A DNA stretch of 31,318 nt. It comes from Candidatus Altiarchaeota archaeon. Its GTDB lineage: Archaea; Altiarchaeota; Altiarchaeia; IMC4; QMZM01. The stretch's first letter is position 1. Each line of letters starts with the position of its first letter. Below, piece by piece: positions 1 to 8,618 of this stretch. Position numbers and translations under genes: made by a program. The notes under the pieces are model-generated. The model made no database searches. It was not told the origin of the DNA and was given only the letters and a program-made list of their open reading frames with translations. The stretch is taken from NCBI GenBank assembly GCA_015523055.1, contig WALD01000037.1, forward strand, positions 1 to 31,318, given 5' to 3'.

Positions 1-1
1 T

Positions 2-97
2 GATGGAACAGGCCCTCTGGGAAAGGGACCATTTACCGGAAGGGGAGAGGGTTGCTGCGTTCTTCCTGCAGAGTGGCTTCAGATTGTGAGGGGGTGA
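2..97 (+). CDS. 3' end of a DUF5320-like small Gly-rich protein (partial, 5' end outside window)
   Basis: Frame 2 reads DGTGPLGKGPFTGRGEGCCVLPAEWLQIVRG* (stop 95-97). DGTGPxGxGPxTGRGxGxC is the motif I associate with DUF5320, which usually sits beside MinD-ferredoxin ATPase pairs. Confidence 0.65.
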   Translation, partial: DGTGPLGKGPFTGRGEGCCVLPAEWLQIVRG

Positions 98-182
98 ATT
101 CCAGCGGGATGAGGATTCTTGTTACCAAGGGAGCAGGTAGCTCTGAGGAATGCTCCATTATGCCAAAAAATAATCTGTAAAA

Positions 183-1109
183 ATGAAATATATCTTCGGC
201 CCCGTTCCTTCCAGAAGGCTTGGGGTTTCTCTGGGATTAGATCTAACACCCCACAAAATATGTTCCTTTGATTGTATCTACTGCCAGCTTGGAAGAACAA
301 CGGATAAGACCCTGGAGCGGAAGGAGTATATGCCTGTTGGGGAGATTTTAGCTGAACTCAGGGATTTCCTTGTTTCCAATCAGAAGCAGAGGATTGATTA
401 TATAACGCTATCCGGATCAGGTGAACCTACTCTGAACTCAGGTTCTGGTGAACTAATAAAGGGAATTAAAGAATTGACCGGGATTCCCGTTGCAGTATTA
501 ACCAATTCGTCCCTTATCTCTGATCCCGGGGTGAGGGCAGAACTAAGCCAGGCGGATCTAATTGTCCCTTCCCTTGATGCTGCAACCCAGGAGGTCTTTG
601 AAAGGGTAAACAGGCCTTGTAAGGGATTGCAGGTGAGAGATGTTATCAAGGGTCTGCAGGAGTTTAGAAAGGGATTCAGGGGCAGGATATGGCTTGAAAT
701 AATGCTCATTAAGGGATTCAATGACGGAAAAGGAGAACTGGAGAAATTGTCCAATGCAATCAAGTTGTTGAAGCCGGACAGAATTCAACTGAATACGGTT
801 GTCAGGCCTCCTGCAGAAGACTATGCTCGGCCTCTTTCGGTTGATAGAATTAATGCCATCGCGAAGATGTTAAATGCCGAGGTAATAGCAGAATTTGATA
901 GAAAAACCGTAGAAGCATACATGAGGGATAAAGAGGAGATGATATCGTCACTCCTGAAGAGGCGACCATGCACACTCGCAGACATATCGGGTTCCCTTGG
1001 GTTGCATCTAAATGAGGTGGTAAAATATATCGAGACGATGGAAAGGGATGGCAGGATCAAGGCGAGGATAATGAATGGGGAAAAATATTTTACATGGAGT
1101 GAGAGATGA
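183..1109 (+). CDS. Radical SAM Fe-S oxidoreductase (COG0731/TYW1-related family) with C-terminal HTH-like region
   Basis: N-terminal FGPVPSRRLGxSLG, CxxxCxxC (CSFDCIYC), GSGEPTL, LTNSSL, SLDA. Stop overlaps the next start (ATGA). Confidence 0.85.
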   Translation: MKYIFGPVPSRRLGVSLGLDLTPHKICSFDCIYCQLGRTTDKTLERKEYMPVGEILAELRDFLVSNQKQRIDYITLSGSGEPTLNSGSGELIKGIKELTGIPVAVLTNSSLISDPGVRAELSQADLIVPSLDAATQEVFERVNRPCKGLQVRDVIKGLQEFRKGFRGRIWLEIMLIKGFNDGKGELEKLSNAIKLLKPDRIQLNTVVRPPAEDYARPLSVDRINAIAKMLNAEVIAEFDRKTVEAYMRDKEEMISSLLKRRPCTLADISGSLGLHLNEVVKYIETMERDGRIKARIMNGEKYFTWSER

Positions 1110-1936
1110 TTATAGCAGTAGCCAGCGGGAAGGGAGGCACAGGAAAGACAACCGTCGCTGTAAATCTTGCAATCTCCCTGGAAAATGTCCAGCTGCTGGA
1201 CTGCGATGTTGAAGAACCGAATTCCAACCTGTTTCTTAATCTTAAACTGGAGCGAGTTGGGGATGCATCCATCCCAGTCCCTGTTATAGACCCTGAAAAA
1301 TGCACTCACTGTGGCATCTGCTCAAAAATCTGCGAATACAATGCTATAGCATCAATCCCCGGGAAAACTATGGTTTTCAGGGAGCTCTGCCATGGCTGTG
1401 GGCTCTGCCAGATGGCCTGTCCGGAGGGAGCAATCAGCGAAGAGGAAGAGGTTATCGGTGTTATAGAAAAGGGCAGTAACAACATAGAATTCCTCCGTGG
1501 GCTTCTTAACATAGGGGAAACGATGTCAACCCCCTTAATAAAAAAATTGAAGGAAAGAGTTGATAAAGAAAAAACCGTAATCCTTGATGTCCCCCCGGGA
1601 GCGGCATGTCCCGTTATTGAGGCTCTTTCCGGGGTGGACTACTGCATCCTCGTAACCGAGCCGACGCCGTTTGGACTCTACGACCTGAAGATTGCAGTTG
1701 AACTCTGCAGGGACATGAAAATTCCATTCGGTGTTATCATAAACCGGGACAATATCGGAAACCATGAAACTAGAGAATTCTGCAATCAGGAGAACATCCC
1801 GATCCTGCTTAGAATTCCTCAGGATAGAAGGATTGCAGAGCTCTATTCAAATGGAATTCCTTTCGTTAATGAGATGCCAGAGTGGAAGGAGAGGTTCAGG
1901 GAAATCTTTGAGATTATAAAAAATGAAAAGCTATAA
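1106..1936 (+). CDS. MinD-superfamily P-loop ATPase with inserted 2x[4Fe-4S] ferredoxin domain (COG1149-like)
   Basis: Deviant Walker A SGKGGTGKTT, DCDVEEPN, CxxCxxCxxxC twice (CTHCGICSKIC, CHGCGLCQMAC), DxPPG and VTEPTPFG. Confidence 0.9.
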   Translation: MIIAVASGKGGTGKTTVAVNLAISLENVQLLDCDVEEPNSNLFLNLKLERVGDASIPVPVIDPEKCTHCGICSKICEYNAIASIPGKTMVFRELCHGCGLCQMACPEGAISEEEEVIGVIEKGSNNIEFLRGLLNIGETMSTPLIKKLKERVDKEKTVILDVPPGAACPVIEALSGVDYCILVTEPTPFGLYDLKIAVELCRDMKIPFGVIINRDNIGNHETREFCNQENIPILLRIPQDRRIAELYSNGIPFVNEMPEWKERFREIFEIIKNEKL

Positions 1937-2402
1937 GAAATCACAAGACGAGTTCACACATCCTGAACGGATTTCACCCATAGGCATTATCCACTCACCT
2001 TATAACACCGTGAAAGAGATGCCAATCCAGCCTCCATTCTCAAAGGAGAATGGAGAGGTTGAAGTTCTAAAGGAGTACGAACCCGGTCTAAGGGGTCTGG
2101 AGGGATTTTCCCATATAATCCTTATATATCTGTTCCATGAATCTGAGGGTTATGAACCTCATGTGAAACCGTATCTGGATGAAACCCTGAGAGGCATATT
2201 CGCTACCAGAGCACCATGGAGACCGAACCCAATTGGGCTGTCCATAGTAAAATTGATAGAACGAAAAGGCAATATTCTGAGGGTTGAAGGCATTGATGTT
2301 CTGAATGAAACTCCTTTACTGGATATCAAGCCGTTTGTTCCTGAATTTGATATAAGGGAAAACGTAAGGATTGGCTGGCTGGAGGGAAAGATAGAAAAAT
2401 GA
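1923..2402 (+). CDS. tsaA: TrmO/TsaA (YaeB/UPF0066) SAM-binding beta-barrel protein; putative tRNA m6t6A37 methyltransferase, short archaeal form
   Basis: PIGIIHSPY, GLEGFSHIILIYLFH, GIFATRAPWRPNPIGLS, LNETPLLDIKP are YaeB family motifs. 159 aa. Confidence 0.85.
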   Translation: MKSYKKSQDEFTHPERISPIGIIHSPYNTVKEMPIQPPFSKENGEVEVLKEYEPGLRGLEGFSHIILIYLFHESEGYEPHVKPYLDETLRGIFATRAPWRPNPIGLSIVKLIERKGNILRVEGIDVLNETPLLDIKPFVPEFDIRENVRIGWLEGKIEK

Positions 2403-3250
2403 AAGAAATTCTCGTAATCAGCGGTAAAGGCGGAGCTGGGAAGACAACCATAACCGCGGCATTCTCTTCTCTCGCAAAAAATGCTGTCCTCGCCGACTGC
2501 GATGTCGATGCCCCCGATTTGCACATAATCCTGCAGCCAAAAATCCTGAGGGAGGAGCCCTTCTTCGCGATGAGAATTCCAGAGAAGAACGATTCCCTCT
2601 GCATAAGCTGTGGAAGGTGCAGGGATGTTTGCAGGTTTGATGCAATAGACGAGAATTTCAATCTCATTCCTGTTAGATGTGAGGGCTGTGGAGCGTGTGC
2701 TTTTATCTGCCCTACAAAGGCAATAAAGATGATTGACAGGGAGGCGGGGAAGATATATGTCTCGGAGACAAGATTCGGGCCATTTGTTCATGCCCAACTA
2801 AGGATTGGTGAGGAGGCATCAGGTAAGCTTGTTGCAGAGGTAAAAAAGAAGGCAAAGGAACTGGCAGAGAAAGAGGGAAGGGAAATCATCCTGCTCGACG
2901 GCTCCCCCGGTATCGGATGCCCTGTAATCGCTTCGCTTGCGGGTGTAGATCTGGCACTAATAGTAACCGAACCTACCGTCTCCGGAATCCACGACCTCAG
3001 GAGAATTCTAAAGGTAACAAAGCACTTCGGTGTAAAGGCGGCAGTCTGCATAAACAAATTCGACATCAACAAAGAGAAGGCAGAGGAGATTGAAAAATTC
3101 TGCATGAAGAACGGAATTCCTTTAATCGGTAGAATACCTTATAACCCGGACGTAACTGCATCAATGATTGCCCTGAAAACCCTTATTGAATTCTCATCTG
3201 AACTTGGTGGGGTGGTGAAGAATATCTGGGAAAAACTCATGCAGATCTAG
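2399..3250 (+). CDS. Second MinD-superfamily P-loop ATPase with inserted ferredoxin domain
   Basis: SGKGGAGKTT, DCDVDAPDL, CISCGRCRDVC, CEGCGACAFIC, SGKLV, DGSPGIGCPVIAS, VTEPTVSG. Confidence 0.9.
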   Translation: MKEILVISGKGGAGKTTITAAFSSLAKNAVLADCDVDAPDLHIILQPKILREEPFFAMRIPEKNDSLCISCGRCRDVCRFDAIDENFNLIPVRCEGCGACAFICPTKAIKMIDREAGKIYVSETRFGPFVHAQLRIGEEASGKLVAEVKKKAKELAEKEGREIILLDGSPGIGCPVIASLAGVDLALIVTEPTVSGIHDLRRILKVTKHFGVKAAVCINKFDINKEKAEEIEKFCMKNGIPLIGRIPYNPDVTASMIALKTLIEFSSELGGVVKNIWEKLMQI

Positions 3251-3275
3251 GTATTTCAAGGATCTCTGACAGGGA

Positions 3276-4541
3276 TCAGTCAAAGCAGTAGTGAATCCCT
3301 GTGAAATTTCCTTTGAGTTCGGCAACATCCTTCCGGACATTTTCCGGATCTTCTTTATCGATTGCAACCCTCTTCATCAGCTCGGCAATCTCTTTCATCT
3401 CGGATTCCTTCATCCCAATCCGGGTTATCTCTGATGTCCCAATCCTTATCCCCGACGGATTTCTTATCCTTTCAAGGTCGTCCCATGGAAGTAAATTTTT
3501 GTTTGTTATGATGTCTGCCTTTTCAAGGTCACTTGCAATCCTTTCTCCTCCTCCAATATCCGAGACATCAACAGCAACCTGATGCGACTCTGTAAAATCC
3601 TTATGTTCACACAGGACATTGAAACCCAGGTCATAGAGGGCCCTGGCCAATGCCTTGGAATTCTTGATTATCTGGTCTGCATAATCCTCCCCGAATTTCT
3701 CCATCTCGGCAAGTGCTACTGCAAATCCTGCAACATGGTGCAGGTGATGATTGCTCATCAACCCCGGAAATGCGGCATTATCGATTCTTTCACTGAATTC
3801 TTCCCTGCAGAATACAACACCTCCCTGAGGGCCGGGAAATGACTTATGCGTTGAAGATGTCATTATGTCTGCACCCTCTTTCAACGGATCTTGAAATCTT
3901 CCACCCGCCAATAAACCAAGAACATGGGCACCATCATACATTATAACCGCCCCAATCTCGTCTGCAACTTCTCTTAACTCCTCTACTGGATGAGGAAATA
4001 AAAACAAACTGCCACCAAGGATCATTATCTCTGGTTTTTCCTTTGCAACAAGTTTTATTGTCTTATCAACATCTATGTTCATCTCCTCGTTGTTAAAAGG
4101 GTAGGGCACTTCCCTGAGACCCATAACCCCCGCGGCACTGACATGGGTATGTGATATGTGACCCCCAGAGGGGATACTTAAACCACCAATTGTGCTTCCG
4201 TATTCTACAAGCGCATAATAAACGGTTAGATTTGCAATCGCCCCCGAAATAGGGACAACATTCGCGTGATCTGCATTGAAGATTTCCTCCGCGAGTTGCA
4301 TCGCAAGTGTTTCAACCTTATCGAAAAATTTCGTTCCCTGATAAAATCTATTAAAAATTCTAATTCCCTTTTCATCCCTTCCACCAAGAATTCCCTCGGC
4401 ATATCTGTGCTCAAAGTCAGAGCATACGGCTCTCCTGACAGAGGGAGATATTATATTCTCGCTGGCTATCATATTGATACAATTTCCCCTCCATTCCTCC
4501 TGCTGGTCTATTAGACTAAGAATTTCTTTATATGCATCCAT
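3276..4541 (-). CDS. glyA: Serine hydroxymethyltransferase, archaeal type
   Basis: NMIASEN, RYAEG, GGHISH, YDGAHVLGL, PLP-lysine motif STHKSFPGPQGG, SGIRIGT. Confidence 0.95.
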   Translation of the reverse strand: MDAYKEILSLIDQQEEWRGNCINMIASENIISPSVRRAVCSDFEHRYAEGILGGRDEKGIRIFNRFYQGTKFFDKVETLAMQLAEEIFNADHANVVPISGAIANLTVYYALVEYGSTIGGLSIPSGGHISHTHVSAAGVMGLREVPYPFNNEEMNIDVDKTIKLVAKEKPEIMILGGSLFLFPHPVEELREVADEIGAVIMYDGAHVLGLLAGGRFQDPLKEGADIMTSSTHKSFPGPQGGVVFCREEFSERIDNAAFPGLMSNHHLHHVAGFAVALAEMEKFGEDYADQIIKNSKALARALYDLGFNVLCEHKDFTESHQVAVDVSDIGGGERIASDLEKADIITNKNLLPWDDLERIRNPSGIRIGTSEITRIGMKESEMKEIAELMKRVAIDKEDPENVRKDVAELKGNFTGIHYCFD

Positions 4542-4932
4542 TTTTCATCTGTCTGTCCTCCATACACTTAATCATTGGCTTTTGACACTATTAAATGTAT
4601 GTGTTTAGCCACACATAACTATTCGTCTTGAGAAGCTAAAAACGATTGGATCGGAAATGTCTCTAACTTGTTAGCAATGAAAAACGAAATAAAATATGGA
4701 GTGGAAGAGGTGCATTTTTAGCAACAAAATGGGGAGTCTCCAGGATTTAATTATGGGTACGAAAACCTTCCCACTTCGTTTCGCAAACCTCACATATCCG
4801 CCACCCTCTAAACCTCAACATATATAAATATGAGGGAAAAGCATGGAAGATAAACTGACTCCGCATACAAAGAAAAAGGTATAAATCACATACAACAAAT
4901 CAAAACTAATAACCCCATAAAAGGGGAGAATT

Positions 4933-5652
4933 CTATGGGCAGTCAGGATCTGTACAGGTTACTCCATAATCCCCGGGGCATATACTGTCGCTATCGCCGC
5001 AATTATATATGCCTGAGCATATCATAACGCCCGATGACGCTATGCTTGTTGTGGATGTTGATGTTGTTGATGTTGTGGATGTTGATGTTGTTGATGTTGA
5101 TGTTGTGGACGTTGATGTTGTGGATGTTGAGGTAGTCGTTGTCACAGAGGTTGTTACTATCTGTAGATAGAAGTCGTAAAATCCTCTGATGACGCCTTTT
5201 TCATGACGTGGTATGTCTGTACCCCCTACACTTCCGATGTAGGATATATTAACCTGCAAAACGTATGGGTCACCTACCTGCCTTAACCTGTATGTGCACT
5301 TATTGGCATTAACAGGGATTATTTCATCCTTCCTTTTATTGCCCGTGCCGTTTGTTATGTTGCATTTCTTATGGGGGGGCCCGACAAGATTGACTATGGT
5401 GATATTTGTTATATTAACTGGATATCCTGCACCATTGACAAATATCCCTGAGAAGTTTCCGTCCGGGGTTAACAGGAGAGAGGACTCAAGTGGTTTAATC
5501 TTTGAGAATCCGGAGAATGTGGTTACCTTCTGCCTCACATCAAAGACTCCGAGATACCAGAGGGTTGCCCCTATTATCAGTATGACTATAATTGCCCAGC
5601 CGTAGGTCATTAGATATTCAAATGCACCCTGACCCCTATTACCCGAATTCAT
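4933..5652 (-). CDS. Class III signal peptide (type IV pilin-like) protein with Thr/Ser-rich stalk and C-terminal Cys/Asp-rich module
   Basis: MNSGNRG|QGAFEYLMTYGWAIIVILIIGATLWYLG: basic-Gly leader, Gln+1, Glu+5 and a hydrophobic helix. About 35-aa T/S tract, C-terminal CSGIYNCGDSDSICPGDYGVTCTDPDCP, several N-x-S/T sequons. Confidence 0.85.
   Translation of the reverse strand: MNSGNRGQGAFEYLMTYGWAIIVILIIGATLWYLGVFDVRQKVTTFSGFSKIKPLESSLLLTPDGNFSGIFVNGAGYPVNITNITIVNLVGPPHKKCNITNGTGNKRKDEIIPVNANKCTYRLRQVGDPYVLQVNISYIGSVGGTDIPRHEKGVIRGFYDFYLQIVTTSVTTTTSTSTTSTSTTSTSTTSTSTTSTTSTSTTSIASSGVMICSGIYNCGDSDSICPGDYGVTCTDPDCP
5048..5130. repeat. Coding tandem repeat encoding (TTSTS)n-like stalk
   Basis: GTTGTGGATGTTGATGTTGTTGAT occurs twice exactly in tandem (5048-5071, 5072-5095), followed by related 9-15-nt units. 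Confidence 0.9.
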
Positions 5653-5653
5653 T

Positions 5654-6211
5654 CTAAAAGGTTGATATCTGGCTTATTATCCCGTCGCAGCATGCCCATT
5701 CATAATATGTCCCCCCGTTTTTCCTGACACATCCCTCATAAGGTGAGCTGCAGGACGCGTGTGACACATCTGCAGTTACCCAGTCGGTACATCCACTGCA
5801 GTCTGCCCCAAGATTGCATCCTGTAGGTTGCGACGAGGTACTTGCATGAAGATGGAGCAGAGTGGTGTCCCCAAGAGTATATGTGTCTGTCCCGCCGAGA
5901 TATGAATCTGTCCCTCCGTCGGGGGTTACATTGAACATTATGTTCCTGCCATCATCAGCTGCAGTACCCGGGATATTGAAACTATACCATGTCTCTCCAT
6001 TGTCCTCAACCGCTGTCGTCTGTGCCCTGTATTCATAACTGCCATCCACATCAACATACGCCTTCACTATCGCATTGGACGCAGGAGAGCCATCAACCGT
6101 AACTTTACCCCAGAAGTTCGGGTATATAACCGGTTGTGCATACACTATAATGAGCAGTATCACAGCTATCAGAATGGTTGAACCCAAAACGATTACATTT
6201 CTTCCTTTCAT
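5654..6211 (-). CDS. Secreted protein: beta-sandwich-like domain plus C-terminal Cys-rich module
   Basis: Signal-like N-terminus (MKGRNVIVLGSTILIAVILLIIVYA), PNFWGKVTVDGSPA domain start, seven Cys in the last about 55 aa. 1-nt gap to the pilin gene. Confidence 0.75.
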   Translation of the reverse strand: MKGRNVIVLGSTILIAVILLIIVYAQPVIYPNFWGKVTVDGSPASNAIVKAYVDVDGSYEYRAQTTAVEDNGETWYSFNIPGTAADDGRNIMFNVTPDGGTDSYLGGTDTYTLGDTTLLHLHASTSSQPTGCNLGADCSGCTDWVTADVSHASCSSPYEGCVRKNGGTYYEWACCDGIISQISTF

Positions 6212-6245
6212 TTTTGAATGTTGATTAATGCTGGATGTTTACGAA

Positions 6246-7004
6246 TTAAGATGGCTCAAACGGAAAGGATATCAGGTTCCATCCCTCATTGAGGTTTATG
6301 ATGGAGCGGTCATAGACTATCGGACCGTCTATTACTGTGCTTGAGGTTGCAACAAAGCCATCAGAGCCGCTAAATCTGGAGGTATGGGTGCCGGGGGATA
6401 TACCTGAAACCTGAACTGAATACTGCTTCCCGTCCTTGTATTCACTCTGCGTGGTTGCATCTGAGAAATTCCCCGTTATGTTATATGGGGTGCCGCTCAC
6501 ATCTACATTCAGCCAGCCGGGGGCGTCATTATCCTGATCACTGTAGTACACCGTAAAGGTGAATGATGTGTTCCTATACCCTGTGGCGGGACTAACGCTT
6601 CCGTTCAGTGTGGGTGGGTTGTCACAGTTGTTGCAGGTGAGGTTAACCTCATCGATATTGCCTGAGTACCATACCGCTGTCTGGTCAGCACCAAACCCAT
6701 TTATCTTGAACACAAGGGTATCTCCGGTTCCCCCGCCGTCCTTCTCTGAAGTATCTGGATTATCAGGTAGAACTATGAGACCGGGGTCTGGATAATACCC
6801 ATATGTACCCTTTGTTCTGGATACATATCTCGAGGTGGTCATCTCAGTTCCATCAATCCATACCGTTATCTCCGTACCTATGGGCGCCCCAACCCCCTCC
6901 CGGGTTATACTCCCATAATAGGATGCGGGCATCAACTGGGAGGTTGTGGTATAGATCCCTGCAATGATTAAAATTCCGGTAATATAGTAGATATAGTCTC
7001 TCAT
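6246..7004 (-). CDS. Secreted multi-domain surface protein (beta-rich; ends in a lone GWNLIS motif)
   Basis: Hydrophobic N-terminus. First domain PASYYGSITREGVGAPIGT, CNNC linker, Ig-like second domain (SVSPATG...FTVYYSDQDND), C-terminus INLNEGWNLISFPFEPS. Confidence 0.75.
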   Translation of the reverse strand: MRDYIYYITGILIIAGIYTTTSQLMPASYYGSITREGVGAPIGTEITVWIDGTEMTTSRYVSRTKGTYGYYPDPGLIVLPDNPDTSEKDGGGTGDTLVFKINGFGADQTAVWYSGNIDEVNLTCNNCDNPPTLNGSVSPATGYRNTSFTFTVYYSDQDNDAPGWLNVDVSGTPYNITGNFSDATTQSEYKDGKQYSVQVSGISPGTHTSRFSGSDGFVATSSTVIDGPIVYDRSIINLNEGWNLISFPFEPS

Positions 7005-7011
7005 TTTGTTA

Positions 7012-7884
7012 CTATGGTTTTGTAGTTTCCGGGATTACCAATACATCATTCTCTTTCATCTTTATATAATATGCTCTTCCAGGAGTTATATTCTGAAGTG
7101 TCCACATTTTATCTCTGTATGTAGCAGGTACCTCCTCGATTGCGTATGTCCAATTACCCCGCTCATATGTTTCAACAAGGGTCCAGTTACTGCCCAGCGA
7201 TGCATTTAGCACATCCATCACAGATGCTGTATGGTCCCTCGGATAGCCCACCATATTCCATCCATCCCAATAGTCCTCTGAGTAGGTGGAGTTATACAAC
7301 GGTATCTCAATCTTTTTATAATAGTATATGCCTGTCGCAGTAATATTCTTGTCCACGCTCTGACTGATGTTGATCCAGTAACCCTGAAGATTGCTTATCG
7401 TCTTTATGTTATATGCGACCCCTGCCTTGTTTTGAATCCAGCAATAATACGGAGCCCCACAATATTCCTTGCTTTTGAGCCACATTAGGTTCCACTTTCC
7501 GTCCACATTTTCAAGGAACGAATTAAGTGTTTCATTTACGAGCTGATATGGAGTAGAGATAAAATTCCATCCGGGGTAGAGGGAGATATTATACTCCTGC
7601 ACGGGGGCCACCTCAAAGGTTACGGACTCACCTGTTCCATGGGTTTCTCCTTCAAGGGTGGCTATTCGAGAATGGCTGGTTATACTCCCCTCCAGAGGTC
7701 CCGTATTCTCGTGAGTTCCAATATTCCCCCCGGTTTCACCAGCAGTCCATATGCCGGTAATGAAATCCCATGCCCGGGTGAGTATGTTCGTCAAATCAGC
7801 CTTTTCAGCCTGCGCAATGGCGAAACCGGGCAGGAGAACCAGAATCACTGCTCCTATGCCGATAAAAACAAACCGTTTATTCAT
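7012..7884 (-). CDS. Secreted protein with two tandem GWN-type beta-domains, many N-glycosylation sequons
   Basis: Signal peptide (MNKRFVFIGIGAVILVLLPGFAIA). Repeat 1 LYPGWNFISTP...QGYWINIS, repeat 2 DGWNMVGYP...PGRAYYIKM. Sequons NIS, NET, NIT, NST, NAS, NWT. Confidence 0.75.
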   Translation of the reverse strand: MNKRFVFIGIGAVILVLLPGFAIAQAEKADLTNILTRAWDFITGIWTAGETGGNIGTHENTGPLEGSITSHSRIATLEGETHGTGESVTFEVAPVQEYNISLYPGWNFISTPYQLVNETLNSFLENVDGKWNLMWLKSKEYCGAPYYCWIQNKAGVAYNIKTISNLQGYWINISQSVDKNITATGIYYYKKIEIPLYNSTYSEDYWDGWNMVGYPRDHTASVMDVLNASLGSNWTLVETYERGNWTYAIEEVPATYRDKMWTLQNITPGRAYYIKMKENDVLVIPETTKP

Positions 7885-7885
7885 C

Positions 7886-8158
7886 TTAATTGAATATATA
7901 CCGGGCCTCCTTTGTGGTTATTCTCTGTCTTAACTCCTGATCCCTCCAGAGTTTTCTGAGGGGAATGTCATAGTTCAGGGGAAGGGTTTCCCTGTAGAGT
8001 TTCTTATTGTCCTCCCCCGGAGCTATTATGCAGAGGTCTATGTCAGACCTCTCACTATAGTCCCCCTTTGCCAGAGAACCATAGATAACTATCCCCAAAA
8101 CCCTCCCGAACAGGGGTTCAAAATTTTCCTTTATTGTCCCAACCTCTTTCTTATCCAT
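7886..8158 (-). pseudogene. Minimal nucleotidyltransferase (MNT/MntA-like antitoxin), probably internally deleted
   Basis: YGSLAKGDYSERSDIDL (GS...DxD). Only 90 aa, and NYDI runs straight into a C-terminal-looking RKLWRDQ segment. Its start overlaps the end of the HEPN pseudogene. Confidence 0.6.
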
Positions 8159-8571
8159 TCTTTAGCTATATCTGTAAATCTCTCCAGTCAGGCAAAACGC
8201 CCTTTATACCCCTATAGCTAAGAGATCATCTGTCCTGTTGTAGTGGTGAACGAGCCTATTCCTCAAGCCGTTGCACCCCATTAAAGCCTTTTCTATATCT
8301 TTCTGGAATATTCTGCCTTCATCTCTCTATGTCTTCTATGTTTGTATAATCGTCCTTTGGAATTATCTTCAGGTCCTTACATAACATTGCTGTTATATCT
8401 AGGAAGCCTCCACAACTCCTGAAAAGCCTTGTAGGTTGCAAGTTTTGTTCACTCGTCATTAATAAAATCTTTAGTGCTTATGCCGCTCCATTCCCGAATT
8501 TCAGCAATTCTGTTTAATATCACTTCTATCTTATCCCTATATCGTTTTAACCTATCCTCCTCAATATTCAT
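8131..8571 (-). pseudogene. HEPN/DUF86 (HepT-like) RNase toxin pseudogene
   Basis: ATG at 8571 gives MNIEEDRLKRYRDKIEV..., with an in-frame TGA at codon 41 (8449-8451). Several single-base frameshifts are then needed to join TKLATYKAFQE / DITAML / GLRNRLVHHYN (Rx4H at 8240-8263) / KEWIRKRLGQ*. Confidence 0.85.
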
Positions 8572-8618
8572 CCCTAATTAAGATTTGGTGGTTATGCTTA
8601 AATATTTGCACATTTCCG

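Noticed and set aside
109-180. 23-codon ORF MRILVTKGAGSSEEC..., resembling the start of NAD-dependent epimerases (MRILVTGGAG)
   Set aside because: Too short, the key Gly is Lys, and there is no downstream continuation; cannot be separated from chance.
4730-4810. Degenerate hairpin around CTTCGTTTCGCAAACCTCACATATCCGCC, reminiscent of attC-like or REP-like repeats
   Set aside because: No proper RYYYAAC/GTTRRRY boundary boxes, weak pairing, a single copy and no integrase in the window.
8449-8451. In-frame TGA in the HEPN gene as possible recoding (Sec or readthrough)
   Set aside because: It is accompanied by several frameshifts, so decay explains it better.
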